Notes: generated by a model not told the origin, from the sequence alone. A DNA stretch of 64,000 bases from Chlorokybus atmophyticus (GCA_009103225.1 RHPI01001831.1:1-64000), one strand, 5' to 3'. Positions 1-10,537 are shown, numbered from the stretch's first letter. Translations and numbers: made by a program.

Positions 1-10
1 AGCAGCACAC

Positions 11-2899
11 ATGCTACTGACCAGGCCTCAGCTCACTGCACACTTCCCTGTCTACAAAGACCAGGCTACCGTGCAGGAGCAGTACTACATAGCTGCTGGA
101 GTTGTGGAGTTCCACATGTTCCGCCGACAACAAGGCATCACCGTGCTGGAGCTGTTCGGAGGCATAGGCAGTGGGCTTGCGGCTGTCCTCAACACAGGAA
201 CAACAGTCACCAAGTACCTCTACTGTGACCCTAACCCTCATGCACTGGAGGCTCTGAGCCATCATTTACGACAGGTGCACCAGCGCTACCCGCAGCAGCT
301 ACCACTGTCGGCACTGCAAGGGAGCCAGAAGGCTCTGCCGCATGACATCCGCTGGATTACCAAGGATCACCTGCAGGCAGTCGGCAACATTGACCTGCTG
401 ATAGCAGGATGGGAGTGCCAAGGGCACTCCAGGGCAGGCAGAGGCCAAGGGCTCTCTGATCCTCGCTCACAGCTGTTCTGGGAGCTGATGAGAGTCATCA
501 AACTCCTGCAGACCAGTCAGGTCGCTAGGCCCTTGGGGTACATTGTCGAAAATGTGCACTCCGAGGATGACAAGCGGCATCACGTCGCCAAGGCCTATCG
601 ACAAGTATGCTCCTTGCTGGGGCATCCTCTCAAAATCAACGCCGCGCGTCATGGATCACGCGCACACCGCGTCCGCGCCAAGTGGACCAACCTGGCCATT
701 GTGGAAGACCTGTTTCTGGCAGAGTACCTATACAGCAATCGGCCACGAAATCTCGTCGTCGATGACATCCTGGACCCTGGACGCACAGCGCAACCAGTCA
801 CACGCCTTGACCACCACCACTTCTACCAGTGCAACCAGCCTTGTCAGCCGCGCCGCGCGCTACCCACACTTGTATCCTATCCAGGCTCCTACGCGTTCCG
901 CAATGCAGGCGACGGCATGGTGTTGGACTCCAACATTAGACAGCTGGAAGAACCCAATGCCCGCGAGCGCGAGCGTGCTATGGGATTCTTTCCAGGCAGC
1001 ATCACAGGCTCCACGCTGACAACCAGTCAACAATGTCAGTTGTTAGGGCGCGCCATGGATCAGAACAGCATGGTGTGGTACTTGGAAATGTGCTTTGCTC
1101 TCCAGGACCGCCATGTGTCCTTCCAGGAGCTCGAACACCTGGCTGGGGGGTGGATTGCTCGCTTTTCAGAGACCAAAGCAGCACACACCGCCCTCGAGAC
1201 CGCCCACATGGAGGAGCAGGCAGCAGTCACTGTGGAAGACATTCCAGTGGTCGCCAACGCTACCTCGTGGTCCCACGCCATTGGACCGCTGGCCACAGGC
1301 CAGACTCGAGAGCAACTCGAGGCTCTCCTCAACAGGTGGAGGAGCCAATTCAGCTTCAGTGTGAAGGAGCTGGGCATATGCTCGGCATACCAGATGGACA
1401 TTGAACTAGTGGACACCGAACCGGTGTTCAGAAGACAGTACCGCCTCTCCAAGCTAGAAGAAGACTTGGTGGAACAGAGGTGCAAGGCGCTGCTAGATGC
1501 AGGCCTGATCGAGGAGTCCACATCGGACTTTGCGGCCGCGACCGTCATGCCCCTGAAGAAAGATTCAGCAGGCAACTGGACAGACCGGCGCATGTGTGGC
1601 GACTATCGCCCCCTCAACAACAAGACCAAGCAGGACAGGTATCCAATGCCTACCGCAGAAGGCATCTTTGACGATGTAGGAGAATGCACGGTCTTTAGTA
1701 TCTTGGATATGCGCCAAGGGTACAACCAGATCGCCATCAAGGAGGAGGACAAGCACAAGACTTCCTTCTGGGGAAACCGGCAGCTGTACCAGTGGAAGGT
1801 CATGCCCTTCGGACTGAAGAACGCTCCGGCCAAGTTCCAGCGCGTCATGGACAAAGCCCTCAAGGGGTTGGACTTCGCACGCTGCTACATCGACGACATC
1901 CTCATCTTCAGTCACAGCAATGAGGAGCATCTCCAGCACATCGAAGAGGTGCTACAGAGGCTGAAGGAAGTCGGGATGACGGTGCACCCTGACAAGTGCA
2001 CCTTCTTCACCCACAAGGTACCCTACCTAGGACACATGATTGTGCCCCATGGTGTGTACGTACAGCAGGCCAAAGTGGAGGCACTGGTGGCTATCCCTGC
2101 CCCCACAGACCTCACGCGGCTGCGGGCCTTCCTCGGCCTTGCCAACTATTACCGCCGGTTTGTCAAGGACTTTGCCAAGATCGCAAGGCCTCTCAACGAA
2201 CTACTGAAGAAGGACACCGAGTTCTTGTGGAAGGAGGCACAACAGGAGGCCTTTCAGGAGCTGAAGCTCCGCCTCACCACAGCTCCCATTCTGCAACGCC
2301 CTGACTACACCAGGTCGTTCATCCTGCACACAGACTGGAGCAAGCTCGGCATGGGGGCCGTGCTCGTACAGCACGACAACAACAAGAAGGAGCGCGTAGT
2401 GTCATACGCCAGCCGCAGCAACAACAGTGCTGAGGCCAACTACAGCAGCTACGAAGGGGAGTGTCTCGCCGCAGTGTGGGCCATCTCCTTCTTCCGACCC
2501 TTCTTGTTTGGACGGCAGTTCCAACTGATCACCGACCATCAACCCTTCAAGTGGCTAATGAACAACCAGCACTTGACAGGAAAGTTAGCACGATGGGCGC
2601 TGCTGCTCCAGGAGTACGACTTCGAGGTGGAACACCGCGCAGGCCTTGCCAACCAGGATGCGGATGGCCTCAGCCGTAACCCCCACCTCAGCACCAACGA
2701 CGCCATAGGCGCCCGACATGAGTTGGGTCCTACAGCTGCACCTTCAGGTGTGGCCACCATGTTCGCTGTCGCTGCGCTACGCTCAGGATGCAGGACTCAG
2801 ATCGCTAAGGCAGCAGCAGACGGGGACATGCCCGCTCTCGAGCCCGCCATCACCACCACAGATCCTTTTATCAGAAGAAGCGATCGCTGCCGACCCTGA
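11..2899 (+). CDS. Pol polyprotein part 1: C5 cytosine DNA methyltransferase (about 110-1090) fused in frame to reverse transcriptase and RNase H
   Basis: MTase motifs: I VLELFGGIGSG, IV IAGWECQGHS (Cys codon 416-418), VI IVENV, VIII HRVRAKWTN, IX RERAMGF, X LLGRAMD. RT motifs: MCGDYRPLN, MPFGLKNAP, YIDD (1886-1897). RNase H motifs: LHTDWS, SYEGECLA, TDHQP. The ORF is open from the window edge, so the true start is upstream. Confidence 0.93.
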   Translation: MLLTRPQLTAHFPVYKDQATVQEQYYIAAGVVEFHMFRRQQGITVLELFGGIGSGLAAVLNTGTTVTKYLYCDPNPHALEALSHHLRQVHQRYPQQLPLSALQGSQKALPHDIRWITKDHLQAVGNIDLLIAGWECQGHSRAGRGQGLSDPRSQLFWELMRVIKLLQTSQVARPLGYIVENVHSEDDKRHHVAKAYRQVCSLLGHPLKINAARHGSRAHRVRAKWTNLAIVEDLFLAEYLYSNRPRNLVVDDILDPGRTAQPVTRLDHHHFYQCNQPCQPRRALPTLVSYPGSYAFRNAGDGMVLDSNIRQLEEPNARERERAMGFFPGSITGSTLTTSQQCQLLGRAMDQNSMVWYLEMCFALQDRHVSFQELEHLAGGWIARFSETKAAHTALETAHMEEQAAVTVEDIPVVANATSWSHAIGPLATGQTREQLEALLNRWRSQFSFSVKELGICSAYQMDIELVDTEPVFRRQYRLSKLEEDLVEQRCKALLDAGLIEESTSDFAAATVMPLKKDSAGNWTDRRMCGDYRPLNNKTKQDRYPMPTAEGIFDDVGECTVFSILDMRQGYNQIAIKEEDKHKTSFWGNRQLYQWKVMPFGLKNAPAKFQRVMDKALKGLDFARCYIDDILIFSHSNEEHLQHIEEVLQRLKEVGMTVHPDKCTFFTHKVPYLGHMIVPHGVYVQQAKVEALVAIPAPTDLTRLRAFLGLANYYRRFVKDFAKIARPLNELLKKDTEFLWKEAQQEAFQELKLRLTTAPILQRPDYTRSFILHTDWSKLGMGAVLVQHDNNKKERVVSYASRSNNSAEANYSSYEGECLAAVWAISFFRPFLFGRQFQLITDHQPFKWLMNNQHLTGKLARWALLLQEYDFEVEHRAGLANQDADGLSRNPHLSTNDAIGARHELGPTAAPSGVATMFAVAALRSGCRTQIAKAAADGDMPALEPAITTTDPFIRRSDRCRP

Positions 2900-4405
2900 G
2901 GTGGATGATGAGGAGCTGGCACCCACCGACACACGACAAGACATCTGGCTGGACGAGCCATCCCTCGCACTGCTTCAGACTGGACAACTTCCAGCAGGCA
3001 TGAGCGCACGCGAGAAGGACCGTGTCCGGCAACGCACTCAGCGTTACCGCTGGGCCAACGACCGGCTGTATCGACGGATACAAGATGCAGATCAGGAGGT
3101 CCCCACACCAGCTGCACGTGAAGGCATCATCTCCTCCCTTCACACCGAGCTCGGGCACTTCGGTGTCAAGCGCACGGTCAGCCTGGTTAGGACCCAGTAC
3201 TGGTGGTATGGGGTGCACAGACAGGTGCGGGAGTTCGTCAGCAACTGTCAGCAGTGTGACATGGTTCGCGCCAGCCTCAACACGCGCAACGCCACCTTGC
3301 ATCCCCTTCCCATTTCCGGGTTGTTCTACCGCTGGGGACTGGACATCCTCGGAGACCTAGCGCCCTCAGCGCGAGGCAACCGCTACATCCTCGTCATGAT
3401 CGAGCACTTCTCTCCAAGTGGGTGGAGCTGGTGCCCCTGCCCGACAAGAGCAGTGAGGGAGTAGCCCAGGCTTTCCTCTCCCATATACTCGGACGCTTCG
3501 GCAGCTGCGCTGAAGTCATCACCGACCAGGGTACGGAGTTCAGAGGAGCCTTCGACAAGCTTATCGAAAGATGCTTCATCGACCACCGTCGCACCTCACG
3601 CGACCACCCGCAGGCCGACGGCCTCGCCGAGCGTACCGTGCAGACTATCAAGAAGGCACTGCGCAAGTACGTCCTCGCCTACGAGAAGAATACCTGGGAT
3701 GATCACATCCCATGGGTAGCAATGGGCTACCGGCTGTCCAAGCAGACAGCCCTGCGAGAGTACAGCCCATACTATCTACTGTTCCGAAGGCAGCCATTGC
3801 TCCCTTTCCGCGCACAGCAGGGGGGTGACAGAGTGGTGGACAATCTCGACAATCCCGACGAGATGTTGTATGATCTGACAGTGCGCAGTGCGCTGTTCGA
3901 ATACACAGTCCCCATGGCCTTCAACAACCTGCGCATCGCGCAGCACCGCGACACGCTGCGTTACGAGCGTGTGCGCAGTGGCTTCTACAAGGAGTGGGAG
4001 CGCCGCTTCGAGTCAGGAGACTTCGTCTACCGTATGGCGTCTACACGTGACACCCTCGATACCTCCGTCGGGCGTGCTGTCTACAAGGTATTGAAGGTGC
4101 ACCCCACAGGGGTACTGGACCTGCTGGGACAACGAGGCGAGCGCATGAAGGACAACATGGTCAACTGCGCGCCCTGTCATCTCCCCTACATTGCTGGCTT
4201 CACCAAGATCCAGCACCCGCGTCCGCTGCGCAGCACCCGATGCGAGAAGTGTGGCAGCGCCGACGACGACCCATTGATGATGTTATGCGACGGCTGTAAT
4301 CAAGGCATGCACTGCTACTGCCTTGACCCTCCACTGGACGCAGTACCCTTGTGGGAGTACTGGTGCGATGACTGCCGCATCAACGGTCCCCCACACAGTC
4401 GGTAG
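2870..4405 (+). CDS. Pol polyprotein part 2: integrase (HHCC, DDE core) with C-terminal PHD finger, split by two frameshifts
   Basis: HTELGH..CQQC zinc site; WGLDILG, ITDQGTEF and GLAERT catalytic motifs with D(34)E spacing. PHD is CEKC..CDGC..H..C..WCDDC at 4241-4378. One extra T in the T4 run at 2866-2869 and an extra TC at 3409-3414 shift the frame; removing both joins all three ORFs. Confidence 0.9.
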
Positions 4406-4443
4406 GAACTGAGTTCTGGAGCAGAGGGCTACCCCAGAATCTC

Positions 4444-4451
4444 AGGGGGGG
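4444..4451 (+). other. Polypurine tract
   Basis: AGGGGGGG just after the pol stop and immediately before repeat block A. The same arrangement occurs in the second copy (30845-30852, minus strand). Confidence 0.8.
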
Positions 4452-4690
4452 TGGCTTGTTGACTGTGTGCACTACGACACAGTCTGTACACAAAGGTGGC
4501 GAGCGGCATCGGCTCGTCCACTGCACTGAACACCGCGTAGGCTCATCTTCAAGCCTATGCCCACGATTGGGGGGTTGTCTTTTGCTTACATGACTCCAAT
4601 GCACTGCACGGCACTAGCATGCGTGCAGCACTAGCACTCCTCCGCAGCCTGTCCGAGACAAGGTTGCCCTCGACCATAACAGGCACGACA
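4452..4690 (+). repeat. Terminal repeat block A, first copy (ends ...CACGACA)
   Basis: Near-identical direct copy at 5343-5614. A diverged, collinear homologue lies at 30607-30844 (minus). Confidence 0.9.
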
Positions 4691-4692
4691 GC

Positions 4693-5342
4693 TGTCATGC
4701 CATCTACCCTCGCATGCCAGTCCTTCTCGAGCATGCCTACACCCAGCCCCACGCCCGGGCTACCAGCATGAAGACCGCGCGAGCCCCAGCCTACTGCTAG
4801 CTACTGTACCTCTCATGTAGCATGTAGCTAGGGCTACTTTATAGACCTGTCTGTAGGGACCGCGCGTAGCTGATCAGTTGTAAGTCTGTTAACAACACAT
4901 GTGCTATATCGAGTCTTAGGGGATTTCCGAAATAGCATACGGCCTCGATGTGACCGTTGGCCTAGTGCCTGCGTGGCACTGCACAGTCCTAGTTTGACAT
5001 GTATAAGTAGGAAGTCACGTCACCAGACCGGCTGGTGACACTGTAAGTGAGTACTGTGAGTACTAGGAGTATTAAGCAGTAAAGACTCTGTTTCTAAAGA
5101 GCTTGTGAAGCGACTTGAATTGGAAGCACGCTGCCCCAGTTGCCAAGAATTCCCTTACTGCGTGAGACACGGTGCATGCTCTTGTGCGCTGTGCCTGTCA
5201 TTGCTGTGAGCTGGGCGATGGTGTGTTGTCTCAGTAGTCAGGGTGTTGTATCCACGTGTTGCACACTCATTCACCTCACTTAACAGTGTATCGTTCTATC
5301 CACTCATGCAAAGAATTGTGTCCACAGCACTACCTATCGTAG
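4693..5342 (+). repeat. Terminal repeat block B (starts TGTCATGCC)
   Basis: Aligns over its length with 35086-34496 (minus). Shared blocks include GCACC/GACCGCGCGTAGCTG, TATATCGAGT, GTATAAGTAG, GCTGGTGACACTGT, CTCATTCACCTCACTTAACAGTGTA and CTCATGCAAAGAA. Confidence 0.85.
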
Positions 5343-5614
5343 TGGCTTGTTGACTGTGTGCACTACGACACAGTCTGACTTGTTGACTGTGTGCACTACG
5401 ACACAGTTTGTACACAAAGGTGGCGAGCGGCATCGGCTCGTCCACTGCACTGAACACCGCGTGGGCTCATCTTCAAGCCTATGCCCACGATTGGGGGGTT
5501 GTCTTTTGCTTACATGCCTCCAATGCACTGCACGGCACTAGCATGCGTGCAGCACTAGCACTCCTCCGCAGCCTGTCCGAGACAAGGTTGCCATCGACCA
5601 TAACAGGCACGACA
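5343..5614 (+). repeat. Terminal repeat block A, second copy, with an internal 33-bp tandem duplication
   Basis: Matches 4452-4690. CTTGTTGACTGTGTGCACTACGACACAGT occurs at 5346 and 5379. Identity stops at GACAG (5615), just before the point where block B would begin. Confidence 0.9.
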
Positions 5615-5734
5615 GTGCACATGCATGGGGTACCGTTGCTGGCATGCGACCCCCCCCCCCACACACGTAAACGCTGGCACAAGGAGTAAGGCATTCGCAT
5701 GTGCCCTTGTGCTAGCGTTTGTGTGCGTGCATGT

Positions 5735-6585
5735 GCACACAAACGCTGGCCCACACAACAACGAAACACACACACACATACACTCGCACAGTCCAATCAC
5801 ATTGCCATCAGCATTGCACACACATACACACACAAATGCTGACACATAGCGCACGCAGACAAGCAAGCACGCGCATGTGCACACAAACGCTGTCACACAC
5901 AACAACCAAACACATACATACACACGCACGATCCAATCACATTGCCATCAGCATTGCACACACACACACTCACACAAACGCTGACACATAGCACATGCGG
6001 ACAAGCAAGCACGCGCATGTGCACACAAACGCTGTCACACACAACAACCAAACACATACATACACACGCACGATCCAATCACATTGCCATCAGCATTGCA
6101 CACACATACACACACAAATGCTGACACATAGCGCACGCAGACAAGCAAGCACGCGCATGTGCACACAAACGCTGTCACACACAACAACCAAACACATACA
6201 TACACACGCACGATCCAATCACATTGCCATCAGCATTGCACACACATACACACACAAATGCTGACACATAGCGCACGCAGACAAGCAAGCACGCGCATGT
6301 GCACACAAACGCTGTCCCACACAACAACCACACACACACATACACTCGCACAGTCCAATCACATTGCCATCAGCATTGCACACACATACACACACAAATG
6401 CTGACACATAGCGCACGCAGACAAGCAAGCACGCGCATGTGCACACAAACGCTGTCACACACAACAACCAAACACATACATACACACGCACGATCCAATC
6501 ACATTGCCATCAGCATTGCATACACACACACACACACTCACACAAACGCTGACACATAGCACATGCGGACATGCAAGCACGCGCC
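5735..6585. repeat. CA-rich minisatellite, about 140-bp unit, about 6 copies
   Basis: TCCAATCACATTGCCATCAGCATTGCA recurs at about 5791, 5931, 6073, 6213, 6353 and 6493. Confidence 0.9.
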
Positions 6586-6659
6586 AACATGCATAGCACA
6601 TGATACCAACGAAATCGACATGCACCAGCACATCATTTGCTTAATTACCGTCTGTGTGC

Positions 6660-7468
6660 GTGTGTGCGCAGCTCGAGGCGAAGCGGCTGGTTTTTAACAC
6701 AATGCCGGTCAGCGAGAATGAGAGCAAATGGAAGTTGAAGGTCTCCCTTAATTGGGTTGTCCGCTTCATGGCACGCAAAGATCTTACCGTGCGCGCACCA
6801 AAGTTGGACAAAAGTTGCCGCGAGATCTGGAGCAGAAGGGCATCGTATGTTCATCACTCTCATGCGAGAGCGGCACAAATACGCGTCCAGTCAGGAACAT
6901 GGACGAAGTACCGGTGATGGTTGACATGCCCGCCACTCGTACGGTCAACCAGCAAGAAAGCCGCACTGTCACCATGAAAACGACAGGTCAGTCATGCATG
7001 CACATGCAGTCAAGCAAAAGTTGCAAGCTTAATTTAGGTAAACATGTATGGCGTGGCCTCACATACATTGAACAGGTGCTGAAAATAAGAACATTACGGT
7101 TGTGTTAGCATGTGCCCTAGACGGCACTAAACTGCCGCCAGTCGTCATTTTTGAGCGCAAAAGTTTACCTTTTAATTTAGTCATGCCGGATGGGGTGGTG
7201 GTGTGGGCGAATGATGCGGGGTGGATAGATGAACAACACACACGCGAGTGGGTGGAGGTGGTGATGCGCAAGCGCCCAAAGCCGGTGTTTGGCACAAGAG
7301 CATTGCTTGCTTGGGATGCCTTTTCGGCACACGGATGTGACTCCGTGAAAGCAGCAACGCAGGCCGCCGGCATCGATCAAGCTATCATTCCGGGTGGGTG
7401 CACGCCTATCCTTCACCCTAGGGGGGACTGTATTTTGGGGGGGGGACTGTATTGGGGTAAATACGGTA
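6660..7468 (+). mobile_element. pogo-family (DDE_1) transposon remnant with one terminal inverted repeat
   Basis: Transposase fragments WVVRFMAR, DEVPV..DMP, TG/AENKNITVVLACALDGTKLPP, LLAWDAFSAH and IPGGCT, with a GT-AG intron at 6987-7075. The coding sequence is truncated at about 7418. The end GGGTAAATACGG+TA (7466-7468) is the reverse complement of a TA-CCGTATTT pogo-type terminus. Confidence 0.8.
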
Positions 7469-8231
7469 GGCCCCACCCTTTTTGTAAACGAAAGATTAGG
7501 GTAAACGTGCCTAATTTCGGAACATGCCCTAATTTCGGAAATGCTAGTTTTTGAGCTGCTGACGGCGCATCTCGATCCCGATTAACGTGAAACTTACAGG
7601 CAATCAACTAAGTATCAATCGAGTTCTGATGAGCCAAAATTCAGTTGAAACGGCCAAGTATGGCGGCCAATTCAAATTGTCAAAGGGGGGGTTTGTAAGA
7701 CCCTTTGGCCGTGTGCATGAACCCTAAACTTTGTCTGGTCATAAATTGGTCAATTCTTTATCAATTCAAATGAAACCTAGTGCAATAGAGAGCTCTTACT
7801 GTGCTCTATTTATCTACCAAGTTTCATTGCATTTGACGCGGTTATGCAAAAGTTACAATGTTGGGGGTGTGGGGGTGTTGCGCAGCGCATGGAGTGAGGT
7901 GGGGCAGATGTAGTATGTAGCCTAAAGCTTTGAAAACGGGGTTGGCGCCTTGTATCAACGTGCTTAGGTGTTTGAAATGGGTATATAGTGTTCAGAATGC
8001 AAGTTGGGAGCTGTTAGCGCTCTGGTTGGGTGTGAGTGCAGGTGAGTGCAGTCCGCACCAAGTTGCATGTGTGAGTGCTAGGACAGGCCATTGGCAAGTG
8101 CGGGTGAGTGGCAAGCTTGTGGCAGTCAAGGAGGTGTTGATCAGATTGTGGGTAGCTCAAGCAAGTGTACAACTCATACATGAGGCTACAACTACTTCTA
8201 TCTATGCCAAGCACAAAGGGCACTAGGGTGG

Positions 8232-8566
8232 GTGATGTGTGCTTTCGCATCGCATCTGCATCCTTGTGGCTTGCTTCCACTCAGACCACCCCTGTCTCAC
8301 ATGTGCTTGTGTGTGTGGGAGCAGGGCAGCAAGCGTGTGAGAGCCAAGACCCCAAAAAGACCTGGAGGCAGAGGGCAATACATGCGTCACCAAGATCACC
8401 TGCATGACATAAGCCGTGTGGTCAGTGCTGTCAAGTCTGGCTGCATGGCAGTTAGCACGGCACTGACGGAGCTGGACATCCCATACTCCACCCTGTGGGA
8501 CTACTGCACACACCCCGAGAAGTTAGACAACTACAAGTAACCCACATAGTTAGTGTAGAGTGCAAA

Positions 8567-8615
<49 letters not shown>

Positions 8616-10537
8616 AGAGAAAACTGACTTGGCTATGTGCATGTAGGGGGGCAGGTGCACCAACACTGTTAACTTCTGAAGAGGAGGCTGATCTAGCTGA
8701 ATTTGTGAATGCACGCAATCAAGTGGGACGAGCAATGACATGGACTGAAATCGTGCTGGAAGTGGGCAAACAATTGACTAAGGATCCTCGTGCAAACAAC
8801 TGGAAGCATGGCGTACCTACCAAGAAGTGGTTTGATGCATTTGCAGCAAGGAACAAGCTATCCTCGCGCAAGGCAGAGCCACTGGACCGCTCCAGGAGGG
8901 TGGGACTCAGCCGGCCTGTTGTTGAACATTACTTCAACCTGTTGGAGCAAGTGGTGACTGAGTTGGGAGTTGAGCCCGCAAGGATCGTCTCAGCAGATGA
9001 GATTGGGGTTGAACCGGACACTGCAATGCAAAACCAAATAGTGATAGTGGCAAGGTGAGTGTTACCTTGCCACTATCACTCTTTGGTTTTGCATTGCAGT
9101 GTCCGGTTCAACCCCAATCTCATCTGCTGGAGTGTTATTGTTGCAACTACCAATGCATGCCCCTGTCAGTGCATGTGGGTCAACGTCATGTGGTTGTAGC
9201 AGCAAGTACAAAAGCACGCGCAGAGTGTGCTAATGCGTGTATGTGTCGGCAGTGGATCGAAATGGGCACAAGCTGCAACCACTGGAAGCCGCGAACACAT
9301 TACCTTGATGTGTGCCGTGACTGGTGCTGGGTATGCCTTTCCCCCCCTGGTCATTCTGAAGGGCAAAAGGCTCAATGACGACTACAGAGACTTCGGGAAG
9401 AAGGTGCCAGATGCCCGGTTCAAGGCTCAAGACAACGCGTGGATGACAACGGAAATCTTTCAAGAGTGGGTGAAGATGTTGGTGGACCACATCCCTGGCG
9501 GCGTGTCGCTTGACAAACCTGCACTGCTTGTCATAGTTGGGCATGTTAGCCGCTACAACCCAGTCATGATTGAGTACGCCAAGGAGAAGGGTCTGCACAT
9601 TCTGATACTTCCTCCTCACACCACACACAGGCTGCAAGTTCTTGATGTGGCATGCTTTCACTTCTTCAAAGAGAGCTACCGGAAGCAATACCAACAGAGG
9701 CAGAGGACACGCTTCAACTACCACCCACACAGAAAGGAGTTTTTGAGCATGCTTGTGGAGCCATTCTTTGCGGGGCTGTCATCAACCAACATCATCAGCG
9801 GCTTTCGTGCTTGTGGCCTATGGCCAATTAACAAGCATGCAGTGGACAAGTACCTACCCCCTGTTCTGCCAGCTGGCCACTTGAGAGCCCTGCTGCAAGC
9901 CATTGATGTTGATGATGCCATAGCCCAGGCTGACGCCAACCCAGAGGTGGAGGTGGAAGACTGTGCCTTGCATACAGAAGCACCTAAGAAAAGGAGGGGG
10001 GTTACCACTGCACACCTCCTCATCAGCGACGAGCTGCACGCAATGCTAGTGGCTCAAGACGAAGAGAAGGAGCAGAAGAGACAAGCAAAGCTACGCAGGC
10101 AAGTAGAACAAGCAAACAAGAAGGAGGCAGCAGCAATGGCAGCAGCTCAGAAGGCAACAGCAAGAGCAGCCAAGAAGGCTGCTAGTGAGAGGAAGAAGAT
10201 GTTAGAACAAGCAGAGAAGGATGAAAGACGTGCTGCAAGGGAGGACAAGCAAGCAGAGGCAGCAAGGCAGAGGGCGGAAGCAGAGGAGGCAACTCGCCTT
10301 GAGAAGGAGCAGAGGGACAAGACCAGGGATGAGGCGCTGGCTATCCTTTGCCGCTACGAATGGGATCCTGTGTTGTGTTGCAATCAGCAGGGAGACCCAT
10401 TCGGTGACGTAGCAGAGGACTACGCCAACACACGCTTCAGGCCCAACCCTGAAGCGCGAGCAGCAGGCGCACGCTGGCGAGCAAAGCGGCGAGCTGCAAC
10501 ACAGCAACCAGCGCCAGTCATGCATGCTGCAGCTTAG
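8232..10537 (+). CDS. Intron-containing transposase (psq-type HTH, CENP-B/Tc5 HTH, DDE_1); second catalytic Asp replaced by Val
   Basis: Exons are about 8232-8536, 8647-9054 and 9253-10537, joined in frame by GT-AG introns. Motifs: LDIPYSTLWD, GAPTLLTSEEE, WFDAFAAR, SADEIG, LLVIVGH (GTT at 9536 where DGH is expected) and PPHTTHRLQVLDV. The start codon is uncertain. Confidence 0.85.
8571..8610. repeat. (GT)n microsatellite in transposase intron 1
   Basis: Directly visible. Confidence 0.95.

Larger units (their letters stand above)
1..5614 (+). mobile_element. Ty3/Gypsy retrotransposon carrying a DNA cytosine methyltransferase and a PHD finger (5' part outside window; split terminal repeats)
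   Basis: Domain order is C5-MTase, RT, RNase H, integrase, PHD. This is followed by a PPT (4444-4451) and repeat blocks A-B-A ending ...GACA at 5614. RT-RH-INT order is Ty3/Gypsy. Confidence 0.92.

Noticed and set aside
11-1090. Bacterial restriction-modification methyltransferase or contamination
   Set aside because: The domain is in one ORF with RT and RNase H of a eukaryotic retrotransposon, and there is no nuclease partner.
2866-2869. Programmed ribosomal frameshift
   Set aside because: There is no slippery heptamer. The position between RNase H and integrase is atypical, and a second indel compensates.
4452-4463. TGGCTTGTTGAC as a tRNA primer-binding site
   Set aside because: It starts with TGG but also follows the PPT, and I recognise no tRNA 3' end matching it. 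A tRNA search is needed.
1-5614. DIRS/Ngaro tyrosine-recombinase element because of the split repeats
   Set aside because: It encodes an HHCC plus DDE integrase and a PPT, and its relative has TG..CA ends with a TSD. No tyrosine recombinase motifs were seen.
5735-6585. CRISPR array or His/Thr-rich proteins
   Set aside because: The units are fully repeated with no unique spacers. The ORFs are translations of CA/GT repeats, as at 39128-39866, 51920-52275 and 56589-57448.
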